From Asterias rubens (lineage: Eukaryota): a DNA stretch of 64,000 nucleotides. The position numbers and the translations under genes are program-made. The stretch is from assembly GCF_902459465.1 (NCBI RefSeq), contig NC_047064.1, forward strand, positions 21,204,001 through 21,268,000, read 5' to 3'. Below the pieces are notes generated by a model that saw only the letters and a program-made list of their open reading frames with translations, was not told the origin of the DNA and did no database searches. Of this stretch, positions 34,039-47,132 are shown piece by piece. The stretch's first letter is position 1, and each line of letters opens with the position of its first letter.

Positions 34039-34424
34039 TTAAAGGTAGTGGACATTATTGGTAATTACTCAAAATAATTATTGCCATAAAACCTTTCTTG
34101 GTGACGAGTAATGGGGAGAGGTTGATGGTATAAAACATTGTGAGAAACGGCTCCCTCTGAAGTGCCATAGTTTTCGAGAAAGAAGTTATTTTCCACGAAT
34201 TTGATTTCGAGACCTCAAGTTTAGAACTTGAGGTCTAAAAATCAACCATCTAAATGCACACAACTTCGTGTGACAAGGGTTATTTTTCTTTCATTATTAT
34301 CTCGCAACTTCGATGACCGATTGAGCTCAAATTTTCACATGTTTGTTATTTTATGCATATGTTGAGATACACCAACTGTGAAGGCTAGTCTTTGACAATT
34401 ACCAATAGTGTCCACTGCCTTTAA
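34039..34424 (+). mobile_element. MITE family A full copy
   Basis: TTAA|AGGTAGTGGAC...GTCCACTGCCT|TTAA. Confidence 0.85.
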
Positions 34425-36434
34425 AAGGATTATTTGTATGAATTTATGAAATTATGAGTACTTCATTTAGTGGAAAATGTAATGAAGATTATAAATGTGA
34501 TTAGTATTCTAGAAAATCTACCTAAACCCCTTATTCCCTTGGTATAAATAACTAACTGCATAAAAGTAACGTATTTTGACATGGGGACAAGGTTTGGGGG
34601 ACTGTTTAAAGGAATAAATGGTAATTTTATCATTATATAAAGATTGTTTTGTCCAGAGGGCATTTTCACAAAAATGGTGTTTGGTTGGATCTTGTTTTCT
34701 GTATGAAGCTTTACGTTTTGTTTTTTCCAGAATGCTCTTATATCAGGGAAAAATTGAAAAGTATTTATAAAATACCGTTAAATATATATAGACATTCATG
34801 GTTAATTATTAAAAACATTTTCAAAGGCAGCTAAGGGCTCTTTTGGGGAGAAGTTAACAGTGTTTCTGAAGAAGAAGGAAATATTTTTTTTTATTATTTT
34901 TTTTTAGACATCATAAAGTAAGCCAGTCCATAGAAACTCAAATTAAAAAATTAAATAAAAGTAAAAAGTCGCTAAATCAAACAGATGTCAATATGTTTTA
35001 ATTGTCATTAATTTTTGGGGTTATTATTTTGTGTCCATCCATTAATCGTTTATTCGTCCCTACGTACAAATAATGTTAAATCAACCACTGGAATTGTATG
35101 ATTGTTTCTTTTTTCCTCTGTTTTTTTTTTCTTCTCCATTTGTGTCTGTACTTTTGTAAAAACAATCTGTGCTTTGTTTTTATTTAAAGAATCTCTATAC
35201 TTGTGTTACTTTTATACCAGAAAGTTTTGAAAATCAAGAAGGTGAACGACATAATTTTGTCAAGCTTGGAGTTTTGCTAATTGAATCGTTTACTGACCAT
35301 TTGTAAGATTAGTTATTTGATTGATTAGATAAGTAACAAATGATTGATAACCATTCTTGGTGGGTTTTGTGTTAATCTTTCCCAACGAACTTTGGATTAA
35401 CTTCTAAAATACTTCGTAAAAGAATTTTTTTTTCATTTTTTTGTTTTAATTAAACTTGATTTTTACTAAGTCTTTGAAGCCTATCAAAATATAGTTTGTA
35501 TTTCTCGCTACATTTATTTACATGCTGATTTGCCATCTTTTTTTCTGTTGTAATATCAACAAGGGCTGATTTGCTTGGTGGGATAGATTTTGTTAGGAAA
35601 GTTTTTTTATTTTTAAATGGGTAATGAGTGGAATAAAAGAAAGAATAATGTTTTTAAATGACTTCTAAACCCATTGTTTTTCTGTTTTTAGTGGTCGGTT
35701 GCCGGGTTTCTGTGTTTCAAGTTACTTGATACGGGAATACGATCATATTGTGCCATTCAGTTAATGAAACTTTCTCTTTCTCTGTGATGAAACCAAGTAA
35801 AGGGAGCCTCAAAAGGTTCATAAAACATAGCTCTTCCCGACTTGGAATTGTGTGATACCTGTGAAGAGATAAGGATGACTGTAGGTTTTAGATGTGGGAG
35901 GAAATTACCAATAATTAGTGAAACCTGCAGGGGCGGAGGGGGGGGGGGGTCACAGGGGAGACGTTGAGCTTTTAGAAGTAGGGACACAGGGGTCACAAGG
36001 GCGGAGAGAAAACCACTAAGCTAACCTGAATTCTCATTTGTTTTGAAACAATTTCATAGAATTTCGGTCAGCAAAGTATTACAAAATTTTAAATTATTTT
36101 AGCACTCCAAAATCCCGAACAAAAGGTGATTACAAATCGTCACGGGGTGAAGAATAACTATGACTCGTCGTTGGGGGCGCTTGTTGTCTTTTTACAGACT
36201 GGTTTCCTATTACCATCTATGGGAATACTGCGTTGATTCCATCAGGTACCGGGTGGATATTTTTTGATATGACGTTATGTACAAAATAAAATCCAATGCA
36301 AAATTAAATACACAGAACTTCAGCTAAGCTGTGCTACAACTCGATCGGGAAATCCAGTTGTTTTGCTGATATCGTGAAGATATACTGTTGAAAATATATA
36401 CTTTGAAGAATTTTAGTACTTTTGTTTTGTTATC

Positions 36435-39400
36435 ATGAATCGTTTGTTTGGATCAAGTAAACCAAAGGCACCGCCACCTAATCTGTCAAACTGCATTGAA
36501 AATGTAAGTCAAAAATTCCCTTTTGTTATTTTTTTTTTCTTTTTGATTTGTACGTAATAATAGTATTGTAGTTTGTATGTATTTATTGGTGTGTACGATT
36601 TTAGTTTTTTATTGGGAAAACGCGCCGTATCCTGCCAGCACCTTTCACTTATTTATTATTTTTTTAACAAAAAGGAATTTCTCATTTGAGCAAAATAGAT
36701 TATTGTATTTGTATGAATAATATTGATACTTTTTTATTTCATAACATAACAAGTCATAACAAATGAAAAAGTGAATGGTGGCTGGAATGATATGGAATTT
36801 TGTCCACGTCGGACTTAGACAATGACATCCTTACTCTGTTTCAATTGATAACACGGGTCCTACTACTTGCCGTCAACTCGCCGTCAACTCACTTGCGCCG
36901 TCAACTCGCCGTCAACTCCTCCAACATACATTTAAAATCCACAAAAGAAGCATAGAACTGTAAAGTATCAGCTCAAAGAGCATTCGCGTAAGTTTTAGGT
37001 CATATTTCGGAATAAAAATTGATTTTTTTTTCTCGTGAAAAAAAATTCTCGAAGCCAAAAAACTGTCGGCCGCCATCTTGCTTTTTCACAATGATGAGTC
37101 TTGGCCCAAGATGTCAATGATTGGTACTTTTTTTTTATCAACACAAAGTCGTTTTTGCGAATGAATTTGTACCGAAAACCATGAGAAATATGTAGTTTAG
37201 CCCAGACTTAACACTTCCGTGCCCCTTTTTATAGATTTTTCATGTAAATTTAATGAGTTGACGGCACGAAAATGAGTTGACGGCGAGTTGACGGCAAGTC
37301 GGCGAGTTGACGGCAAGTAGTAGGACCGGATAACACAGTTAATATTTTGATTGTGTGTTTATCATTTAATTGGTCGGTTTCCATTCCATTTATCATTTTA
37401 ATTAATAAAACAAATTATTTTCATTTTAGGTTGACAGCCGTTCGGAATCAATTGAAAAGAAAATCTCAAAACTTGACAATGAGTTGAAGAAGTACAAAGA
37501 TCAGATGAAGAAGATGCGAGAAGGTCCAGCTAAGGTAAACAAAAAGGGAGTTTTAATTTACTGTATTTTTGACCACATGAGGGCGCTTTCAACAGCAAAT
37601 TTCCTTGTGTAAAAATTACTGTTTTATCTTAATTTGACTAGGCTTACTTGTATGTTAGTTTTCTTGTACTTCTTGAACTATGAGGTGCGTTCCTGAGTTC
37701 TTGGAGACGATAGCGGAGCGAACATCACAGTTCTTGGAGTAAGTTTCTTGTATCTATGGTCGCATACTGTGAATTGGTATTTGCTAAAGTTGTTGCCAAC
37801 GATTTCTCCAATGACAATTTTGATTTCTCCAATGATAGTTTTGGTTTTACCCTTACATCGATGTGATTTTTTTTATTCCTGAGGCAAATTTACATCTTTT
37901 ATAATTATATTCCCTTATAATCATAATTCATTCACTACACTTATGTTGACACTAACATTATTCAGAGAATTTTATGACAGGAATTTCTGGACTTCAGTCC
38001 ATCAAAATGTTCAATGTTGAGGTCAGAGGTTCTGCAATGCTAAACATAAGAAAGGAAAGGTTTCTTAACAAAATGCCTTGAGGTTAAAAGTCTAAAGAGT
38101 TCTTCATCTTGTCTCGTTTAGTGTCTTTTTCATAACAAGTAATAAAAAGTAAGTAAATAAAAAATATAAAACAAATATTATTATTATTTTTGTTTTTTAG
38201 AATATGGTGAAACAAAAGGCTATGAGGATTCTGAAACAGAAGAAAATGTAAGTAGAATATAGTCCATCCAAATCTGCTGTGAATTGATGGAACAATGGGC
38301 CGTCCACATTGCTCATTTAGGATACTTGTATGGGAAAAATAAATTTAGGTGTAGGACTATAGTTTTACGTAACTGATGTAGAAAAACAAACCCCCGATCT
38401 CAGACTTGAAATCAAATCAAGTCTAACTCTATGGCCAAGGGGTTATTTTCCTACAGTAATGTAGGTTCAACAACCAGGGGATTTTAAGGAATGGACTGAA
38501 TGTTTATTCTAACGATTTGCTACAGGTATGAGAACCAGAGTGATAATCTAAGGCAGCAGTCGTTCAACATGGAGCAAGCCAACTTTGCAACCCAGACACT
38601 GAAGGATACCAAGACAACTGTGGATGCCATGAAGCTTGGTATTAAGGAGATGAAGAAGGAGTACAAGAAAGTTAACTTGGATCAGATCGAGGTAAACTTT
38701 AGTAAATAGTGTGTTTTGTTTTATCTTTTATTCCCTTCGAAGCTATGATGCCATCTCCCTTGATGCCATCTCCCTTGTGGTAAAAAAGAAACGCAAACTA
38801 GCTGGTGAGAGAGATTGCTGCCTCTCGCCTATGGAACGTTCTTCCTGTCCCCATTAAAAACGCTCAGACTGTTCTGTCGTTCTTAAAGGGTCTCAAGACT
38901 CACCAGTTCTCCAATCTGTCACCATCACTTTGATATTTCCTTTCTCCTCAAGTGCCTTCCATCCTTTAGTAATTTGGCGCAATGTGAATCCAGTTATTAT
39001 TATTATCTTAGTAATGGTCTCTATCCCATGTTTATTATTGTTTACCGATGTGGCCGAGTTGTGTAGCACATCAAAAATCATGATCTGGTGGCCAAATTTA
39101 TGATAATAATTAAATTACTACACTGGGTAGTCAGGTTGACATAGTGGTACCTTTCCTTGCCCTCCACCTCTAGGACCCCTGTTCGAATCCCACCGGGTGA
39201 CACTATGTGGATTGGGTTTTCAGTCCCTACCTGACTACGTGGGGTTTTCCCTGGAATAATTCTCTAGGGTTTTTCTCCCTCAACTAAAACTGAAATTAAG
39301 TTCACTTTTTGTTTATAGTCCTTGGCTTCACAACCAGAAGAAGCGAAACTAAATAAAATGAAGAGAAGTGAAATGAAATCTTTATAAAAATCTTGATCTA

Positions 39401-41316
39401 TGTAGTTGCCATTTTTATTGAAATGATCTTATTATTATCTTCCATTGTTTTGTAAAGGCATCCCAGCCTACAAGCTTTGCTTTAATTGGCCATGCCTCCA
39501 TACAGTTTTCAGTCTTGTAACATCCTATCGCTTGTATTTGGTTTTTGTGTTTGTATGGAAATAAATGTTGATTGATTTGATTTGATTTGATTTGATTGAC
39601 AGGATCTTCAAGATGACATGTCCGATATGTTAGAACAAGCTGATGAGGTACAAGAGATCATGGGAAGAAGTTACGGTATGCCTGAGATGGACGAGGCCGA
39701 TCTAGAAGCAGGTATGTAACCCAAGAATGATGTTTTGAAGACTTTCTTTTGTTTGCCATCATCATAATCCTTCGTCCTTAGACGGAATAGTAGAAGCAGC
39801 TTTGATGAAGTGGTGCCAGGTTGCTTTATCCCTCATGAGTTGCTGGGTCTCGTTTGGATTGAGATTTGTGTCTCGGGTGATGGTGTCTGGGTAGCTCATT
39901 TTCCTCCTGCAGCGATTTGGATGTCCGCCAGGAGGATTCCAGAAGACCAGGTGTGATATTGGTTGATCCACTGTTCGCAAACAGTGACCAGCAAACTGAA
40001 GAAGTCTCTGCTTTATGGTTTTCGGAAAGTGGCGATAGATTTCCATATACCTCCCGGTTTGTAACATAGTCCCGCCAATGGATGTTTAGAACTCAATGCA
40101 GCAATTGAGTGTAGCAACCGTTTTTTGCCACAGAATTAGGAAAAGCGAGGGATAGCCAATAATTTTATTTAGGTCATTCAAATTGCTGACTGATTTACCT
40201 TTTGTATCATTGTGTCAGCACAAAAACGAGATAAGTATGTGCCGAAATCATTGGATGCATGGATCACTCTGGTCTGAGATGTTTTTGTAAAACTGAGATA
40301 CAAAATTTTTGAAATGACATTTTAGTACTGACATATAATTTCTAAGTTTCAAAAGACCCTGATTTGGTACAGATAATATTTGAAAGCAATTTTTTTGAAT
40401 TTATTTTTGGTAGAACTTGACGCTCTCGGTGATGACTTTTTAATGGATGAAGACACATCGTACCTGGATGAAGCTATCACTGCCCCATCGGCTCCAGAAA
40501 CAAATCCGGGTGCTGAATCAATACAGGTACGTCAATTTACTTAATTTATTTGTAACGAAAATCCTCCTCACGAAGTTGTGTGATTGTGGAGGATTGAGGA
40601 TTGTAGGCCCAACTAACAATTGCTCATCACTTGGCCAGGCATACCAATCTTATCCAAGTCCAAACCTTTAGGAGTTGAGTGACCATAGAGTGGAGGATAG
40701 TGGAGGATTGAGGACTGTAGGCCCAACTACTTATCACTGGGCCAGGCATACCAATCTTACCCAAGTCCAAACATATTGGTGCTGAGTGACCATACAGTGG
40801 GGGATTGAAGTCACTTGTAGGCAAGTGTGCCACATAAGTAGTTACATCATTTAGTGAGCAACTTACTTTTAAAAACTTGTAAATGCTTTACAAGAATGTT
40901 ACAGGCTTTTGAAAGTAAATTTGTTTTCATGTAACGTCTTGTTTGATTTGATGTGGATGATGTAAAGATAAAACATGATGTAGAAGGAATAGAATTCAAA
41001 TCTCTTCTTCTAGCCTAATATACAAGGATGTGGTTCCTCTGTTTTAAAAAAGAATTCCGGTTTTGTTTGCCCTAAAAAAAAGAAATTCTGAAAATAAGAA
41101 TACTTTCCTACAGGTGACCTCAATCCTCCAGATTGCAGAGCAGGATGCTCGCAAGTTTTTTGAGCTCGCATGCTCACGTGCTTTGTGCTCTGAGTTCAGT
41201 TTTTGGTGTTAACAGCCTATCACATCCCTGCATATATTTATTTAGAAATTTGTTTGTTTATTCAGGACGGCGTTCCTGTGGATGAGTTTGGTCTGCCACA
41301 GCTTCCATCTTCGTGA
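36435..41316 (+). CDS. CHMP5: Charged multivesicular body protein 5 (ESCRT-III, Snf7 family), 7 exons, 219 aa
   Basis: Exons: 36435-36503, 37430-37534, 38201-38247, 38526-38691, 39603-39711, 40414-40526, 41266-41316 (660 nt, GT-AG). Motifs: [66 protein letters not shown]. Confidence 0.96.
36855..37328. mobile_element. Non-autonomous hAT-like element with 8-bp TSD and subterminal repeats, in CHMP5 intron 1
   Basis: TSD GATAACAC at 36847-36854 and 37329-37336; TIR GGTCCTACTACTTGCCGTCAACTC; subterminal GCCGTCAACTC repeated about 4 times at each end. Confidence 0.8.
39125..39300 (+). mobile_element. Third SINE-like repeat in CHMP5 intron
   Basis: GTTCGAATCCC B box; the body TGTGGATTGGGTTTTCAGTCCCTACCT recurs at about 28110-28190. 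Confidence 0.55.
39762..40075 (-). mobile_element. 5'-truncated LINE (RTE-like) 3' end in CHMP5 intron 5
   Basis: Translation [13 protein letters not shown]...LVFWNPPGG...RDTNL...MRDKATW matches the post-RT C-terminal tail of RTE-type ORF2; followed by a (TGA)n tail. Confidence 0.75.
40575..40810. repeat. Tandem duplication, about 115 bp x2, CHMP5 intron 6
   Basis: GTGGAGGATTGAGGA(T/C)TGTAGGCCCAACTA...GAGTGACCATA(G/C)AGTGG appears twice. Confidence 0.85.
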
Positions 41317-41532
41317 ATGGACACAACATGAGCAACTTCTAGATTATATATCAATTATTAAATCAATTGATATCAGCGTCATCACATTGAGAGAACTTAA
41401 CAAATTTGTATAATCGATATAAAACTTATTGTAAATATCAATAGTTTTGCTAAGTACAATTTTTATTTAACAAATGTAAAGAAACGGCAAAATTGTTAAA
41501 ATTCTTTACAAATTTTAAGGTTGTTCGGTTGT

Positions 41533-41779
41533 TTAACCCCTTTGGTGCACAAAGTGGTCGCTAGCGACCGCCCAAAACATGTCAAATTTGACTTTTATAA
41601 ACAGTCATAACTTAAAAACTACACCCCCCATATATACCGCCCTCATTCGGTTGTTTAGAGCGATTGTTGAGCTTTCGTAAGGTGTGACGTCAAGAGGGGG
41701 TGCTATTAAAAAAAATTGATAAAAACGCGGTTGAATGTGTTTGTTTTTTATTTGTTTAATTTGTGCACCAAAGGGTTAA
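41533..41779. mobile_element. piggyBac-like MITE downstream of the CHMP5 stop codon
   Basis: TTAA|CCC(C)TTTGGTGCACAAA...TTTGTGCACCAAAGGG|TTAA. Confidence 0.8.
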
Positions 41780-42713
41780 TTTGCGTAGTGTATAATATGG
41801 TCTTGTGACAGAATGAATAGAGTTCATGTATTGTTTCTTTTTCACCTTCTTTATCAAGTGAAGACAAACTCGCTCAAAACTTCATGATCTTTGCAACTTA
41901 TTTATTTTAGCTGATGTCACTTTGTCCTTGAAGTTAGGGTCATAGATTTGTAAATACCCAACCATTAATGGCCATACAAACTTACTGGGTGATGAGCACT
42001 GCAGCTGTTGATACTTAAAACTATTCCGAGATAGGATTCCGTTTGAAGTAATAGGGTTTGGTTAAATTTTCACCCTGAAACATTTAAATATGACAAACGA
42101 ATCGTTGAGGGTTGACTGAAAATTCAAATTTCCACGATGTCCATTCATTAATGCTGGGACCAGAGATAATAATAATGACGTCTTCTATAGTGCCGGTATC
42201 CACAAAAAGTGCTCATGGCGCTTGCTCCAATAATATTCCCCCTTGGTTGTTCTCCAGCAGTGCAAAGAACAAGAACAAACTCCAATGTCTAGTGAATGTT
42301 ACTGAAATGCGGTTGGTACCCACTGTCACCTTGCTAAACACTGATGGATTTGACTTTCTCATTGAAAATATTTGACGTTTCTTTTGCTGTTTTTTTTTTC
42401 TTCAAAAAGTAGACCTGGTATTCAGCTGCAACTTATCAGGTGATTATTATTGTATCTTTGTGCCTGCATGTCTATAAAGAAAACAAATCTATAAATTGAT
42501 TCAATTATTTGTAAGGGGGAAAAAAACGCTGGTTGAAATCCTTGTGACAAAAGCAAGTAACAATTTTCATACATTTGGGACGTCTCTTCAATACTCTCAA
42601 TCATTGTCCGTTTCCGAATTGGTGGCTATAAGTAAGACTGTATAAGGTTTTCCTACTTTTTTTCCCTTCAAGTGCCAAATACCATGAATCTGATAAACAA
42701 ATCGTTAACTTCG

Positions 42714-43038
42714 TTAAAGGAACACGTTGCCTTGGATCGGACGAGTTGGTCTATGAAAAGCGTTTGAAACCGTTATGAAATGCATATGGGTAGAAAGACG
42801 TTTTAAAAGTAGAATATAATGATCCACACAAGTATCACTCAAAATTGCACGGTTTTCATTTTACGTCGCAAACTAACACGGTCGGCTATTTAGAAAAAAA
42901 AGAAAACCACGCAATTTCTAGGCATATTTGTGTAGATCATTGTATTCTACTTTCTAACCATATTGATGTAATAACAAAGGAATACAGGACGCTTTTCAAA
43001 GACCAACTCGACCGATCCAAGGCAACGTGTTCCTTTAA
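42714..43038 (-). mobile_element. TTAA-flanked MITE family C copy
   Basis: Same long TIRs as 32861-33251. Confidence 0.85.
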
Positions 43039-43671
43039 CCCATCTTTTCTTAACCCTGTCTACACAATCCCTCCCCTACAGCTAAGTAGCTATGTTGTGC
43101 TGCTTATTACTTGTACATGGAAATAGCTATGTGTAAACTGTAACATGTATGGCTTTAGACTGGCACCTCTAAACAAAGACATGCGTCTTCATGACAAATT
43201 TGGGAAACCGCCAACATTTGGGCTAGATTGCTCAGTTGGTAGAGCACCGGCAAGTCTTGCTCGAGTTAATGGACCCTTCCCGTGAAATATGCTAATCACA
43301 TTAGCGCATGCGTACAGACCCTGTTGGTTGGCAAACGCCATAGAGTTGTGCACTAAGCAGACGCGCAATCGCGTCTGCGTCACGCATCCATTAGCCGTGT
43401 ACAAAACAGCGCGATGTTTCCTCATTTTGAGAACCAAAATGTTAGTGCGCAGGCGCTATGTGCAATTTACATATTTCATGGGAGGGGTCTATTCTTCTTT
43501 GTTCAAAGTCAGTTTCCCTTGTGGCATATTATTTGGTATGATTGAGCAGTAATAATAAATATTTTACAGATAGTAAACTTTATGTTTTTTTAGAGATCTT
43601 TTTCTGTGTGTGTTGTTAATGAACTAGTGTCCAGTCAACTTCAGTTCCATGGTCAATCAATAGGGGCGTTT

Positions 43672-43990
43672 CTTGGACGAGCAGTTAAGAGCGTCAGTCT
43701 CGAGCTCTGGTGTTTCCGATCAGCAGAGTGCGAGTTCAAGTTCTGGTCTTGACATTTGTGTCCTTGAGCGAGATGCTTTACCATTATTGCTTCTCTCTTC
43801 AGGTGAGGCGCAAAGCTGTAGATCAGATAGATAAACAATGTACGCAAATGTACCCAGTTACACTTATCGCTAAGAGAAATGGTTTCCATCAGTGTTTTTT
43901 GCAGTGGGTGCTGATTGCACCTCAGCACCTTGTAAACCATTAGAAGATGCTACATAAATAGGTCTCATAATCCGAAACATAGCTCTGCTT
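43672..43990 (+). mobile_element. tRNA-derived SINE, diverged
   Basis: Degenerate A and B boxes plus the same central motif as 29245-29633. Confidence 0.7.
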
Positions 43991-44939
43991 ATCCTGATAA
44001 AAAACAAAAATGAGCACTTTGATATGCCTGTAGGATTTTGATACAGCATTATATAAGAACCCAGTATTATTGTCATTATGAATAACCTGAAGTTTAGACC
44101 CTAGCAGAGTTTTTATCGTGTAGCCTTAAAGAAATACTCCGTTATGATCCAATCGTCGGCCTTTAACTTTTTTATTTAATTTATACAATAGGTCCTTTTG
44201 GTTAGTAAGCAGTTTGAATCAGCTATTTCTATTTTCTCATAATTATTAATAATAGTTAAACCCAACACACTCCTGGCTCGAGTATAAACATGTTAGTATC
44301 TCTTTATAGACCTTAATCGTGCTGCCTCCATCTTGGTCATGTTCCTTGTATCGAATAACGATAATGAATGCTGATAAGCATTTTGCAATTAGGAAACCGA
44401 CTATTTTGTTCATCCACCCTCGGTTTGGTAACATTGATATCAATAGGAGAAATTCAAGACGGCTGCACGGTGATAAAGGTCTATCGTCTTCTGTCCACAT
44501 TTCATTGATAATAATATATAGGAATCTCAACGAAACACAATAACTTTTTTGATCCATTTTTATTGTTCAGCAAAAATGCTCCTCAAATTTCATATCAAGC
44601 ATGTACATTGCTTTCCATAAATAAATATTAATAATAAATATATGACTTGTACTTAAACTTATTTATTTGTTAACTCTGTTCTCATTGCTAAAATACATGC
44701 ACCATTTCATTTTACCTTTTCTTAAAGGATTCTTATCATTTGTGACCCGGACATACAGTTTACATTCTAGGCAAAATTTCAAATTACTGTACACCTCAAT
44801 AATTGGTACAATTGCTAATAAATATTTGACAATGATAAGCTTGACTCTCTAAAAAATATTTGGACCCATAAAAAATACATCCACCCATGTGTGACAATTA
44901 AAACAAAAATAAGGTGGTCGGTTTAAGAACACAAAATGC

Positions 44940-45315
44940 TTAAAGCCATTATACACTTTCAATACAGAAAAAAAAAAAAAGTTCACAGATTTCAAAATAA
45001 TTTACAGGATTTACAGAAGGTTATGGTGAAAGACTTTTCTTGATATATTATTCCATGAAATGCTTTACTTTTCGAGAAAACATTAAAACAATATCAATTC
45101 CCGATAGCGAGAATGACAGATTATTTTAATAAACACATGTCATGACACGGCGAAACGTGCAGAAACAAGAGTGTGTTTTCCTGTTATTTTCTTCCGACTC
45201 CGATGACCGATTGAGCCTAAATTTTCACAGGTTTGTTATTTTATATATAAGTTGTGATACACAAAGTGTGGGACTTTGGACAATACTGTTTACCGAAAGT
45301 GTATAATGGCTTTAA
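44940..45315 (-). mobile_element. MITE family B full copy
   Basis: TIR AGCCATTATACACTTTC / GAAAGTGTATAATGGCT flanked by TTAA. Confidence 0.85.
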
Positions 45316-46460
45316 ACACGAACAGCAGCCAAGCACAATAAAATGGTGCTAGAAAAAAGTTACCAGCCACAACAATGTGTCTCATGTACAATTTTATCCT
45401 GCTATTTTTTGCTAAGCAAGCAATTATTAGCAAATATTTACTTCTTAAGCAGCTCTATGAATTTTGGTCCTGGGCTGAATTTCACATGGCTACTTACCAC
45501 TGCGCTTACGACACCCTGTTAAGCATAAAGTCCATGGACTGTTAGCGCTGAACTATCCAGTAAGCATCGCATGAATTGGGCCCAGTTCCATTTCAATTTA
45601 CTGAGATTTAAAAGGTTGGTTGGCAAGGACATTTTAATAAGGTGCATGTTGAAGATAATACAAACGCATTTATGGAGCAGTACTTACACTGGGTATTGGC
45701 ACTTTACAAGAGAACAAAAAGATATTGCTTAGCAAATGTCACAAAAAGGTTGCATCTCGCCTGAAAATGCTCAATGTTTTGACATTGGTGGGAGTTCTGT
45801 TTTTATATGACCGATTTGCTGCAGCATGGAGGTATAACAAAGCAACATCCCACAAAAAACGTCAAAGTATTTTCATTTTGACGCACAACGGCAGAAGTTT
45901 GGCTTGTTTTTCAAAACCTTGAGGGTAGGGCCTAATATTACATTTAAAGGATAAACAAACAACAAATATTTGCTCAAGACGCTATTTAAAAACTAACATT
46001 CTGAAATAACCTACTTGCACGTTGTTCACTTATTTTGAAATGTTGTGTTAAAACCAACGAGTCCACTGAAACTGAGTCACTGACAAAATAATTAGTAATT
46101 ATATACAACAAATAAATACAAATATGGCGGCAAGGTGTTGTGCTTAACCCTTATTCAAGGGGTGAAGACATAATATCCCAAAACCTCTCATTAAAAAAAA
46201 AGAAATCATGAAAATAAGTTACCAAAATATACAATTGGCTGAGATGATTTCAGAGATTTCTGAGATGTTTCCTCAATGGCAAGACAAATCTTAAAGTACT
46301 GCTCTTCGTTTGTTTAATACTTGAGACTGATGTTTGAGATGTGCAAAATATGCAAAACGGTAAAATTCTTCTGTTGACCAATGATGAGAACTAGATATTT
46401 CAGGAAAATTCAAGTTGTTGAGGATTAAAACAAATTGATGTGCTATATGACAATCTTCCT

Positions 46461-46624
46461 GGGGTGGATTTCACAAAGAGTTAAGACTAGTCTTATCTCG
46501 AGTTAGGACGAGTTACTCAAGTTAGGACGAGTTACTCAGCCTAACTTAGGACTAGCCTTAAGTTTTTCATATCTCCTGGGATTAGTCCTAAGTTAGGACT
46601 AGTTTTAACTCTTTGTGAAATCAG
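46461..46624. mobile_element. Palindromic MITE family E copy
   Basis: Same TIR as 30894-31046. Confidence 0.75.
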
Positions 46625-47132
46625 CTCCTGTGAAAGCAGTTCACATGACTCGCTTGACGACGGGAGTCGCCCGTTTTTTCTTTACGCATGCAAAGAAAGT
46701 TGGAAGTTGGCACCCTCCTCCCTCATACCAATTAGGAGACCCACAGATAGCCGACCACATTCACAACTGCACCCCGACTCTCCCTCAACGGGCCGATTTG
46801 GACTGGAGTCTCGGATTCACCTTCAGGAAGATGGCTGACAAATGGTTGCCCTGATGAATGACAAGGGCAACAACTCGAAAGACGAAGAAGAAATAAAAGT
46901 CAACCCAAAACCAATGGGGACTTTTGGAGCGCGAGTTGGCAGCAGACTTACCGGGTAAATCCATTGTGTTTTGGTTTCCTTTTTAACTGCACTGTAAATT
47001 AATGCACTTGCTCTCGTCCCGTCAATTTTGCTCATGTAATTGAGTCAGTACTTGGAGGAAGGAAGAAGAAGAACTACCCACGCAAACAATGGAAATCTGT
47101 CTGCTGCCACCTAGAGTTACAAGGTCTCGCAC

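Noticed and set aside
36855-36920. Short regularly repeated GCCGTCAACTC units resembling a CRISPR-like array
   Set aside because: No unique spacers, and the units are mirrored at the other end of a TSD-flanked element, so they are transposon subterminal repeats.
42112-42375. ORF-like region downstream of CHMP5
   Set aside because: No recognisable homology and no consistent exon chain on either strand.
44246-44557. 103-aa minus-strand ORF
   Set aside because: Overlaps a MITE of the ATAGACCTTTATCAC family, also present at about 31639-31825.
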